Positions 25,720 through 37,500 of a DNA stretch of 64,000 nucleotides are shown piece by piece (the first letter of the stretch is position 1; every line of letters starts with the position of its first letter). The stretch comes from Octopus vulgaris. Taxonomy: Eukaryota. The notes under the pieces are model-generated. The model searched no databases. It saw nothing but the letters and a program-made list of their open reading frames with translations, and was not told where the DNA came from. The position numbers and the translations under genes were made by a program. The stretch covers positions 100,378,001-100,442,000 of the forward strand of contig OX597823.1 of the NCBI GenBank assembly GCA_951406725.2, read 5' to 3'.

Positions 25720-26869
25720 GTTTATAATCTTAAGAATATTACTTTTCATGCTTGCACATTTCCATGTAATAGATATATTGTCTCTTGAAACACGATTTTG
25801 TTTTTGTGATCTAACATTGCAAATGTCACTATCATAATTTAAACTTGCTAGCATGGAAAACGGACGTTAAACGATGATGATGATTTGTGTTGTACTTTAC
25901 TTTTACAACATAAGGTTAAAGTGAAGACTTATACAGTGAAATGTTACTTTTCTTTTTTAAAATCTTTGATTTAAGTGGGATGGTAAGCATTAGGGCATCT
26001 ATAGTATATCAGTAATAATCTGTTTAACCTAACTAATAATTAAGCTTAATTATTGCATGAAGTTTGTTTCAGTGAAAGAAGAAAAATAGTAAGTTTGCCG
26101 ATTTGCTATTGCTACTTAATTTAATTTTTATTGCAATTTGTTTATAATGTATTGGATTTGGAAAAAATTTGAGTATTAGATCAACCTTAAACATACAGCT
26201 GTTCATAATAGTTGAAGTGAGTGGAGTTAGCTATTACAATGAACAACATAAATGTTTGTAGACGAGGAGAGAGAGATAAACTGCTCTGAAATTACAGAAA
26301 GCTATCTATGAGGCAATTTGTAGTCAGCCCCAAAATATATGAAGTCAACTCTTTGTGGTGACAGAAGTCTTTGGTTGTCTGCATAAATGTCTGGAACCGT
26401 CGGATTGCCAGAATGGAGGTAGGTGCATGTCACTCAGCTGCTTTCAACGTTCTGCAATTAACTGAGTGGCAAAATGGTCTTTTATAGGGTACAAGAACAT
26501 TCTAAAAACTACATGCTACAGTTTCATGTGCTAATCGGTTGCTCAATAAACTGATCACATGTAACTGGTGTTTCACTCGTGGTGTCTAACCAGTTATCTC
26601 GCAGTCGAGGTTTCAAATCATCACTACAATGTCAAGATAATTCTTGTGGTTTGCAGTTGAATTAGTTGGTGTGTATATGGTGTGTGTCCCAAATGTATGC
26701 ATGTTTTCAGCCATTAAAGCTCCAACCCCTGCATTACAAATTGTCACTGTACTTCTTGCCCAATGTCAATCAGTTGACTTTGTTTTTTTGAAATGCCTCT
26801 GCATTTCTAGCCTTTTTTTTTTGTGTATGACGTGATATGATGTGTGTGTGTGTTGATATATGACTGTAG

Positions 26870-27045
26870 AAGGCGGTGAGCTGGGAGAAACTTTAATACG
26901 CCGGGCGAAATGCTTTCATCTGTCTTTACGTTCTGAGTTCAAATCCTGCCGAGGTCAACTTTACTTTTCCGGGTCGATAAATTAAGTACCAGCTGCGTAC
27001 AGAGGTCAATCTAATCGACTGGCCCCCTCCCCCAAAATTTCGGGT
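26870..27045 (+). mobile_element. tRNA-derived SINE (other copies near 22120, 40310-40670, 46066, 54400)
   Basis: A-box-like head, B box GAGTTCAAATCC, and central GGGTCGATAAATTAAGTACCAG motif. Confidence 0.75.
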
Positions 27046-27439
27046 CTGATTGTAGATGGGTGGGGATTAGGTTCAGATGGAAGATTTGTAAACGGAACCC
27101 TTTACCCCTTCATTTTTTTTTTTACAGAATCCCATGTTTTAGGCTATGTAGATTCTGATTCGGAAAAAAAAATTTTTTTAAATCACATCTTCAAAACTTC
27201 AACCCCATTTCTTCATTTTTTCACTTTTTCCGGAAATTGTTTTGGTGAAATACGTACAAAAACACAGAGATTATGATTCTGAAGAAAAATTATTTGTAAA
27301 ATTTCAATTTTTCACCCACTCCCCCTTCAAGCAGGCTATTTACATTCTAGAAATAACAGCCAAATCTCACAAAACTGCGATAACATAATGAAAGAAATGT
27401 GTAAACAATCTACTCACCTTTCTGCAAAGATTTCTTTCA

Positions 27440-28311
27440 GAGTAATTTCCCGCAGTAATTTCACCACTGTGAAAAAAGGATTTCTACAGCGAGCACCCAA
27501 CAGAAGCGCAGCAGCACTAGAAGCTGTTATAATTGAAAATGTGTTGCCCAGTACTATAATACATACAGGCAAATGGGCCGGCTATAAGAACTTACAACAG
27601 CTGGGTTACATTCACAGAACGGTTAACCATTCAAAGAATTTCATCTACCCTGAAACTGGTGCTTACACAAACCACACTGTGGCCTATTGGTCCCGTATTG
27701 AAAGATGGCTAAAGTATGTGACTGGATCATTGGGCGACATGAAATGGTCCCGCGTCGATGTATTGAGAAATGTATGGATTTACTGTGAAGAAAAACTTCC
27801 AGAATTTCTAAACATTCCTCGAACACATTGCAGAAGTTTATCCCCACTAATAGATTGAAATGCAATAAATCGATACTAGGGTTATAATTATGGGTAACAA
27901 TTTCATATGACACCGCTACGGAAAATGGGATTTTTTTCTAGCGGTGTCAAATGAAAATATCACCCATAATTATGACCCTAGTATCGATCTATTGCATTTT
28001 TAGAGTTAGGGTTAGGGGTTGGGGAAGGGTATCTTTTCTTCACAAATGTAAATAAACCCAATCTGTTTCTTAAAGGAGGGACATATTCATTATGCACAGA
28101 ATGTTATTTACGTCAATGGAGCTAATTGATTGGTTAAAATTGCCAAAATGCAAGAAATTTTAGACGAAATATCTTACAACCTATAGAATTTTCTCAATAA
28201 AACCAAGAGAAAATGATGTTTTATAAACACATTCTACTAGTATACGAAGTTTAAAACTTTTTAGTTATCTAGAAATTATGTTACAAAGTGCTGTTCAAAA
28301 GGAAAAGATCC
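27440..28311 (+). mobile_element. Merlin (IS1595/ISXO2-like) transposon remnant: C-terminal transposase, subterminal hairpin and right TIR
   Basis: PNRSAAALEAVIIENVLPSTIIHTGKWAGYKNLQQLGYIHRTVNHSKNFIYPETGAYTNH..YWSRIE matches the IS1595/Merlin DDE domain pattern, with the catalytic D and E substituted. The element ends in TCAAAAGGAAAAGATCC. Confidence 0.85.
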
Positions 28312-28344
28312 CACTTTTTTCTCTTGGTTTTCTTGAGAAAATTG

Positions 28345-29647
28345 GGATCTTTTCCTTTTGATAGCCAGATTTCAACACAATTTCTAGTTAACTAAACACT
28401 TTAAAATTTCGTATACTGGTAGAATGTGTCAAAAGAAAACATTATTTTCACTTGGCTTTCTTGAGAGAATTGTAATTTGTTCGTTTAACGTAGTTTAATT
28501 TTTTGAATTTTAACCAATCCTATCCTCTCTTTTGAGCTGAAATCATTTGCTGCATCTAAAAACTGAGACAACATCCGTTTTGTTCGTAATGTAGCGTTCG
28601 TGAGTTCGATATCAGGCCAACCTACCGGCCCCACGGTGGGATTTTTTTTCTTTACGATTATTAGTAAATTCACGTTTATTTATCAATATCGATAACGAAT
28701 TACTGCCGTTGTTTAGACCGGCCCCAGTACGTAACTGGTACTTAATTTATCCCTAACTTTAACCCTAACCCTAAACCTAACCCTGAACCTAACCCCTAAC
28801 CCTAAACCTAACCAAAGCTAGTGACCGATGCTGGAAGGCTGTCACGAGATAGGGTTAGGGTTAGGGGTTAGGTTTAGGGTTAGGGTTAGGCTTAGGGTTA
28901 GGGATAAATTAAGTACCAGTTACACACGCACGCACTGGTGTCGATAGAATTGACTTAATACTTTTGTCTCTCATGCTTTGTCCCCTCTGTTTTGCCCCTT
29001 GCCGGAACAAATTTACACAAAAGGTAAATAAACCAGAAATGGGGGATCAATGTTTCATCGTTTTGGGGGTCGATAAATTAAGTACCAATTACACACTGGT
29101 GTCGAGGATTTTTTCCCCAATTTATATCACAGCCTCCGACAAGCTGGGGCATCCTTTTATGAAAAAATATTTCGCAAATTTTTACAATACGACCCACACT
29201 CCACGCACCCGATTTAGGCATATTATTGTTTTGTTTTTAGCCCTTCAAAACCATGGGGGAAGCCTTTTTGGTAAAAAAAAAATAAAGAAAATATTCAAAA
29301 AATATCGTTAATATTTTTATTGGGCGACGAAATTCATCGATTTAAGAGATGTGGCTGTTGTTTCTAGCACATGCCAACACAACCCTCCTCGTTTGTTTAT
29401 CAATATCAAGTGACAGGATGTTGTCTCAGTTTTTAGACACAGCAAATGATATCAGCTCAAAAGAGAGCATAGGATTGGTTAAAATTCGAAAAATTAAACT
29501 ACGTTAAACGAACAAATTACAATTTTCTCAAGAAAGCCAAGTGAAAATAATGTTTTCTTTTGACACATTCTGCCAGTATACAAAGTTTTAAAGTGTTTAG
29601 TTAACTAGAAATTGTGTTGAAATCTGGCTATCAAAAGGAAAAGATCC
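28345..29647. mobile_element. Non-autonomous Merlin-family element with 232-bp TIRs and 8-bp TSD
   Basis: TIRs 28345-28576 and 29416-29647 (about 9 mismatches by eye) start GGATCTTTTCCTTTTGA. TSD GAAAATTG is at 28337-28344 and 29648-29655. Confidence 0.92.
28731..28923. repeat. Divergent telomeric-type repeat palindrome: (CCCTAA)n, spacer, (TTAGGG)n
   Basis: Degenerate CCCTAA array at 28751-28813, TTAGGG array at 28852-28903, and perfect 20-bp outer arms GTAACTGGTACTTAATTTAT / ATAAATTAAGTACCAGTTAC. Confidence 0.92.
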
Positions 29648-30939
29648 GAAAATTGTAATTTGTAAGTTTAGGGTAGTTTAATTTTTCGAATTTTAACCAA
29701 TCGATTACCTCTATTGAGCTAAAATCATTTGCTGCGTCTAAAACTGAGACAACATCCTGTCACTAACCCTAAATTTTAGCCTTTCGTTTCTTTTTCTTAA
29801 TTGTTAAATTAATTTAATTGTTACGCGTGTGTCTAAAATTATTCGTTTTGTTTTTGTTTGGAGTTTTTGCTTTCGTTTTTTTTCTTAATTGTTAAATTAA
29901 TTTAAGGATAACAATTAAGAAAAAAAACCGAAAGCAATGGAAAATAATTTTAATTTAGCAATTAAGAAAAAAAAAACGAAACCAAAAACTCCAAACAAAA
30001 ACAAAACGAATAATTTGACACACGCGTAACAATTAAATTAATTTAACATTTAAGAAAAAAAAAAACGAAAGGCTATAATTTAGGGTTAGGGTTAGTGACA
30101 GGATGTTGACTCAGTTTTAGACGCAGCAAATGACTTCAGCTCAATCGATTGGATAAAATTCGATAAAATTAAACTACGTTAAACTTTCAAATTACAATTT
30201 TCTCAAGAAAGCCAAGAGAAAAAAATGTTTTATTTTGACACATTCTACCAGTATACGAAGTTTAAAAGTGTTTAGTTAACTAGAAATTGTGTTTATCTTT
30301 TATTTTCCCCGAAAATGCTCCTCCCATGGTTTTGAAGTACAAAATAATTGGCCAAAATCGGTCCGGAGTGGACTGATGTGAGGGAGGGGAGTGTACAAAA
30401 ACAAAAAAATTCTGAACGTGTTTTCCCCACATCATTTCGAAGGCTGTAGTAAAAAGAAAAATGGGTAGGATACATTGGAAAAATACTTTCGAAGTTGCTT
30501 CGGCCGATAGAATAACTACTAGACTAAAAAAAAATATAACTACTGCAGCCGATTTATTCGACCAAAACCTTTGATGTGGTGCCCCAGTATGGCCGCAGTC
30601 CAGTAAGTGAAACAAGTAAACGATATAAGATAATACCTTTACTTTCTATTTGTTTCAGTCATTGGACTGCGGCCTAGAAGGGTCAACAAAATTAATGCGG
30701 CGATCACAGACGATAATTTTAATTAAGACTAAATCTACAGACAGGACAATGATTAACAAAATTAAACAAAGGCAACGAATGTTTTTGATGAGTTGAGAAT
30801 CAAAAGTGGTGACATTTCGGCGTGGTGCTAAAGACACCGTTTTCGGTGCTATCAGTAAAACAGCTGTGAAATGGAAAAAGGTATAACACGACCTTAATTT
30901 CCATTCAGCACTTACTAAACATTTACATTATATTATATC

Positions 30940-31411
30940 GTGGCCAGGAAGTGATGCCAGAATTTTCATACGTGTTAATGGATGGGTGAGTAGAAGCGTT
31001 GGGAGCTCAATCGCGAGCCCAATCACTATTTTTTCGTGATTGAACTCTTCTACTGACTGATCCACCAACCCGTACGACAACGGCAAGTGAAAATTAAGAC
31101 TGATAAACCTAATTTTTTCCCCACAGAGGTTACTCCTTTACCACCCCTTTCGCGAACGCGCATTTTTTTTGTCGTATCCGTTTAGAGGAAGTTACACCTA
31201 TTACACTATTTTATTTTCATGACCGGGTCAAACGCTTTAGTTTAACCAAAATTACAGTAACCGAATATTTTCTTTGAATTTACCTCGTAATTGGGACCTT
31301 TTATAATGAATGAATTTAATTAAATTGTTACAGAGTGAGCGATACCCATTGCGTGTTCAAGTGGGAAGCGGAGCCTCGTTTTCGCTGTAATCACATTTCA
31401 GAAGCAAGCAC
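30940..31411 (+). promoter_or_regulatory. Probable POLR1B promoter/5'UTR region
   Basis: CpG-retaining, repeat-poor segment directly upstream of the ATG. It has ETS-like GGAAGT sites (about 30946 and 31187) and TCGCGA palindromes (about 31011 and 31150). The TSS cannot be placed. Confidence 0.5.
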
Positions 31412-31504
31412 ATGTCGGGAAGCATGTCGGAAGACAAGAGAGATCTTTATTTTAAAGCTTTAAATTCTCCAAATTATGGCAGTTTGCACGATAAGCAACA
31501 CAAC
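31412..31504 (+). CDS. POLR1B: POLR1B coding exon 1
   Basis: ATG TCG GGA AGC ATG TCG GAA ... CAC AAC|gtaaga; MSGSMSEDKRDLYFKALNSPNYGSLHDKQHN. A second in-frame ATG lies at 31424. Confidence 0.85.
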
Positions 31505-34500
31505 GTAAGAGCTTACTTAATTTCATGTTATATTTGTTTAATTTAAGCGATGATTATGGCAACTCTTTACTGTAATATTGTTATTTGTATTAACGGAACA
31601 CGTGTGTCTTCAGTTACATTCAGTATCGGCAAGTAAACAAATCGATAAATGCGTATTAATCCAATTTATATTGAGTCTGAACACGATGTATTGATAATAA
31701 CTCTGTTTAATCTTTGTAAATAATTCTTTAACAATATATATCCTGATCATCGGTTTGTGTATCTGTCTTCATCACGTAATTCATCACCCATGTTTCAACT
31801 TTGATTAAAAGTTACTGGAACCCTTAAACAGATGAATAACAAACTGTTGCGTTTTATTGTTTCTTTCTTGGCACCATCATTCGTTTCAATGAAATATTCT
31901 TGAAATTTATTATTACATTTCGCTTCATACATATACACTTGTTGATGATCATGGGGTGCTATATTCTATTCTGTAAAATATTAGGCTTTTTGTGCCGTTA
32001 CGAAACTATTGTTAAATATTACTTGGATTGTCTTGGGTCCTTTTAGGAAATTTGGGAAAAGTTAGAACGATACCCTTCCTTGTTTAAAATAACAAATATA
32101 TAACCTTTAGTACTATAGGTTAGAAGTAACTTTCCGGCTAAACCCAGTGCACGGCTTGGTTTCTGCTCAGAGTATTAGCTCTTCCAATTGTATTGCTAAT
32201 TTAATAATTTTTCATGAACATTTAGTAGCATATGTCAATTTAAATTGGCTTCGCATCGAAACTTGGATTATGTCGCAGTACGATCCTAAAGTATTTACAA
32301 ATTGATTTGGTTATTATCGGAATATCATTGTGGCCTGTTACAACTGTATGTTTTCGGTGCCCTGAGAACTCATTCTGGTTTCGATTTTCAATTATAAATT
32401 GGTGTCTTTTAAAGATGGTATATTTATCACATCTAAAACCCAAGCCATCATCATCATCATTGCCTATACGTAATATTTTAGGGCTAATATTGCCATCTGC
32501 TTGAAAGCACAGCAAAATCTCTCAAATTATGCCTCACCGTTTTAAATATAGAAAGTACATATTAGATAATGTAGTGCTATTTACCCTTGAAAAGACCAAT
32601 GCTCACTGCCACACTGCTTTTGATAACAGACCTTACTGGATCAGAGTGAATCTGCGATTAAACAACAAAGATATTGTTAAAACGATGTCGACCAGGCCTG
32701 CTAATGCTAGAAAATAATGTTTCACTTAAGTCGATACTTTCTGTCAAAGCTTGAGAAAATGTTTTATTTTGGATAATGCTTACTTATGCGTATAAAACAC
32801 ACAAACTTATATTCTTTTTGTATAAGTCTATGCCCCTTGGCTGCTGGAAGTAGATTAGGATAATTGTGCTGATGACGCCTATCTAGACAGAAACACATCC
32901 ATAGCTATCATATTACCTCCAGATAAGCTTGTACTTTTCCTTAATTGTATGTTATCTTGGAAAAATTTTGATTCTTGATATAATCCTACCTCCTCATATA
33001 GAACTAGTCTCAATTGCCATTTGGTATAGGCAGAGATAATTATAATAAATCAAGAATTTATAATGTATGGTATTTTATATGCCTTGTTCATATACATACT
33101 ACTGGCCACCCTGCCTTATTTCTCTTAGCTCTTTTTTGTTTTACATTTATTAGGAATAGAATTAAAATAGATGTGATGCAGTTTGGTTTTGTGCCTGGGA
33201 AGTGTACCAGAGATGCCATCTTCCTAGTGAGATAGCTGCAGAAGTATCAGGCCAAAAGTAAACCATTGTACTTGACTTTCATTGACCTGGAGAAAACTTT
33301 TGACAGAATCCCTTGCTCTGTTATCTGATGGTCTCTAAAGAAGTTAGGAGTTGATGAGTGGCTTGTTAGAGCTGTACAAGCTATGTATAGCAGTGTTATT
33401 CGGAGAGTAAGAGTTGGCGATGAATATAGTGATGAATTTAGTGTACAAGTAGGGGTTCACTAGGGTTCAGTTCTCAGTTCACTCTTGTTCATCATAGCCT
33501 TCCAGGTTATAACAGAGGAATTTAAAACTGGATGCCTGTGAGAGCTGATGACCTTGCTCTTATTGCAAAATTGGAGAAGAAATTTCAGGTAGGGAAGCAA
33601 AACCTGGAATCAAAGGGTTTAAAGTTAATCTAGCAACACCTAAAGTTGTTTAAAGAAAGTGGATAAAAGTCTCTTTCCGTCAGGTAAATGGCCCTGCTCA
33701 CTATATAGGAAAGGCATTGGAAGAAATTCCAGTCGTTGTACCCAGTGCAAATTATGGACACATAAGAGGTGTAATGGAATTAGTGGTAGATTAACAGAGA
33801 TAGTCTTCATATGTGGTAGATGTACAGGAACAATTAACACTAAGAGTACACGGGACTTAGACTCTCTTAAATGTCCAGAAGGTTCTCTTGAGGTTGTGGA
33901 TAGTTTCTGTTACCTAGGTAACCAAATTAGCAGTGGTAGAGGATGTTCTGAAAGTATTGTTGCTAGAACAAGAACAGGATGGAGGAAGTTCAGAGAGTTA
34001 TTATCTCTGTTGACAACAAGAGGTCTCTCTCTCAGAGTGAAAGGTAGATAGTATGATACTTGTGTATGAACAGCTATACTCCATGGTAGTGAGACGTGGG
34101 CTCTAATTGCAGAAGGCGTGCATAGATTAGGTAGGAATGAAGGCAGTGCGCAACATCAGTGTGTATGTACAACAAAGTGTAAATGGACTGAGAAAATTTG
34201 GGCATAAGAGATATCAAATGCAGCATGCAAGAGAGAAGACTATGCTGGTTTGGACATATGATGCGTATGAATGAAGACAGCTGTATAAAGAAGTACCAAT
34301 CACTGAGAGTGGATGGCACCTGTGGAAGAGGGAAACCTAGGAAAACATGGGTTGAAGTTGTGAGGACCGGTCTCAGGATGTTGGCCCTCATTGAAGAGAT
34401 GACAATGAGCCAAGATGTCTGGTGATATGAGATTCGTGAGAAGACCTGCACATCTCGGCTGTGTGTTCCACCCATACATTAAAAATTTTCACATATCGTA

Positions 34501-37500
34501 TCTCGTTAAATCAAACTACATCTTAGCTTCTCTGCTTTCTCACATTTCCTCTTTTTTCATGCACTCTGCTTACTTCTCTCTCCCCATTGCAACCCAATCC
34601 TGTCCTACTGTATCTTTGCTATCCTGTTTTCACCAGTCACTCCATTCTCTATGTTCCCTCTTCTTTGCATTCACATGAACTCCCTACTCATGCACCCTTA
34701 GCAATGCTCTATCATCCCATTTTTATTCTCTCACTTGTTCTCTTTCACTCTCATTCATGATCACTCCTTCTCTTTCTCTCTACAGCAAGACACCTGTTTC
34801 TGTCCCTCTGTCATACACTAATCTCTCAGCACCTGGCACAAAGCGCCACCCCCAACTTTGTCTCCCAAGTTATTTGGTGACCCCATCAGTACTGCTGCCA
34901 TGTAAAAAGCATCAGGTTCACACTGTAAAGTGGTTGGCATTTAGAATGGTTTCCAGCTATAAAAACAATTTCAAAACAAATCTCACTTGTGCTGATGCCA
35001 CACGAAAAGTACCCAGTCCAATCTGTAAAGCACTTGGCACTAGGAAGGGTATCCAGCCAGAAAAACCATGCCAAAACAGCTTGGTACAGTCCTCTGGTTT
35101 GCCAGTTCCTGTCAAGCTGTCCAACCCACGCCAGTGTGGAAAATGGACATTAAATGATGATGATGATGTGTGTGTAAACCCAAATCAAAACTTTAGCTGT
35201 CACTTACATACAATGATTATGAACTGGTGGTAGGTAACATACTTTTGCTAATTGTTTTAGGTGCCTATGTAGTCATGGGTATTTGACTGTGGACAGAGAC
35301 TCTAACACCTTGGCTTTCCCGTCCCTTAACCCAATGGAGTATGAGGATAGGATTACTGAAAGTGTCCTCATCCTCAAGGTAACACTTTCATGCCCATTGT
35401 TTTGGTGTTCAACGTTTGATCATAAAAGCTTGTCAGTTCTATTCTTTGACCAGGCAGCACATTGTGGCCTTCCAACAAAGTACTTTGTTTCTCATTGTTC
35501 CAGTGTACTCAGCTGAAAATAAGTACAAGCCTTAGGTGGTGCAGCCCTTTCATGTTCCACTGGGTGAGGGAGTAGGAGGGCTGAAAGGATTTATATCTGC
35601 TCACATAGGCACCTAAACGAATTAGCAAATGTCTGGTATATGCCACCAATTCTTATTCACTTCCAGATGATTCTATAAAGCAGTGGTTCCCAAAGTAGGC
35701 GGTATTGCCCCCCTGGGGGGCGGTTGAATGTTCCTAGGGAGTGTTGGAGAAAAGTGGGGCAATAATGGGGTAGCTAGTCGTGTAAAAACAACAATAATGG
35801 TTTCATTAAGTGAATTACAGTTGCTTTGAATTTGCTTCAGAAAGAGGTCTGTGTTTGTGATGGTTAGTTTGGGGTGGGGGTACTAGGAATGTGGTCTGGG
35901 TGTCAAGGGGATGGCAGCCCGAAAAAGTTTGGGGACCACTACTATAAAGAAACATTTTTTTTTGTTAAACTTAAATGAGTTAACTTTCTAACAGCAGACT
36001 GAACCACCCAACCACCTACTTTTTGCTGTTACCACTAAAAGCATTCAGTACACTGTGTAAGTGGTTGGTAATCCAGCAGTAATAATGTAAGGCTAGAGAG
36101 GAAGACGCTTTAGTCTTGCCAAATATAAAGCAACACTTCTGGTGCTGGTGCCATCCAGTATACTTTGTAAAGTGGTTGGTGGTTAGGAAAGGTTTCAAGT
36201 TGTAGAAACCATGGTGTAACTGAGAGACATTGGAATAAGGCATGGTCTTCTGACCTGTTGGAGCCTGTTGAATTATCCCAGCCCATGCCAGCATGGAAAA
36301 CCAAATGTAAAATGGTGATGCTGATTATTTTCTTGCAATTCTAAATTAATATGTGACACATAAAACAGGATCAATTCTAATAGAAATGATTTTTATTCCA
36401 GAGGAGCTTTGGAGTAGAACATCTTGTTCTGCAGTTTGGTGCTCTGATGTAAAGATATTTGTTTGGCTCAACATGTGTGCATACATCCTATATAGAAGAA
36501 AGCTCTTTTAGTCCTCACCTAGACAAACTTAGATGCTGGAGGCATGATAGAAATACATTCAGACTTTTCTGTAAAACCATTGGCAATAACAAGGGCATCC
36601 AACCATAAGAACAAAAAGTATACACTGGCAAAGATGAGTAGTTATTTTTTTTGCTGTGGCAAGGCTCAGTGAGATTCATCTAATTGATGCCACCAAATAA
36701 AAATGAATCAAAGACTGATCATAATGATGGTGTTCTACCTTCTTTTGTCTGCAGAGGTGAAAACAAATAATAGTCAGATGGTGCAAGAGATTCCACCCAA
36801 GTTCATGCAACTTTGTATGGGTAGCCAAAGACACATGTAGTTGGGGGTAGTCCTGGTTGAATACAGCCCCTTTCCTGTTGGAAAGCACTGATTCAAATTT
36901 GCTAGCTGACTGCAGTGCACATCAGAATCAATGGTCTGATTTTGTGGGAGTAACTCATAGTAAATAATGCCTTTGAAATCCCAACAGCTCCAAAGTATAT
37001 CTTTTTTAAATGAATATTCTGTTTCAGAAGCTGTTTTGGAGGATTATCATGCAAACTCCAGGATCTTTCTCTCACTATGTTATCATAAACAATCCATTTT
37101 TTATCTCCAGTTACCAGTTGTTTCAGGAAAGGCCTATTTTCATTGCATTTCAGAAGCATGTCACAGATGGAATACCGGTCTATGCAGTTTAGTTTTGACA
37201 GATTGTGAAGTATTTGTGAATGGTACTTTTGGAAACTTCCAACTGCTTTGCAAATTCTCTAGTCATAATATTTGATTAATTTGCATAATCTGTGCAAGTA
37301 ATTTATATAATTTATGTTTATCTCTATTTTCAGCTTATTCAGTATTTGGTACGTTCACATGTGGATTCCTTCAATTTTATGCTTGCTAACACTCTCCAGA
37401 GAAGTTTAGAGGTAAGTTGTCGATTCATCTTAAAGTTAAGAAATTATTTGTAACTAAGACAAAAAATGTGTTCCTTTTTATCTGCTACACAGAGAAAAGT

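Larger units (their letters stand above)
28313..30294. mobile_element. Outer foldback element of the same family, interrupted by the 28345-29647 insertion; both termini lost
   Basis: The left arm (28313-28344 plus 29656-~29905) is the reverse complement of the right arm (~29950-30225). TIR homology continues to 30294. Confidence 0.85.

Noticed and set aside
26870-26960. tRNA gene
   Set aside because: A/B-box head without a closable cloverleaf, continuing into a multi-copy SINE body.
27388-27858. Bacterial IS1595 contamination or recent horizontal transfer
   Set aside because: Embedded among host SINEs and sibling elements with catalytic residues decayed; Merlin is an established eukaryotic superfamily.
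28731-28923. Ancestral telomere-telomere fusion scar
   Set aside because: A fusion gives TTAGGG then CCCTAA. Here the order is reversed and the array lies inside a TIR element.
21117-31411. Single shared bidirectional promoter for SF3B1 and POLR1B
   Set aside because: The start codons are 10.3 kb apart and separated by transposon debris; each gene has its own CpG-retaining upstream region.
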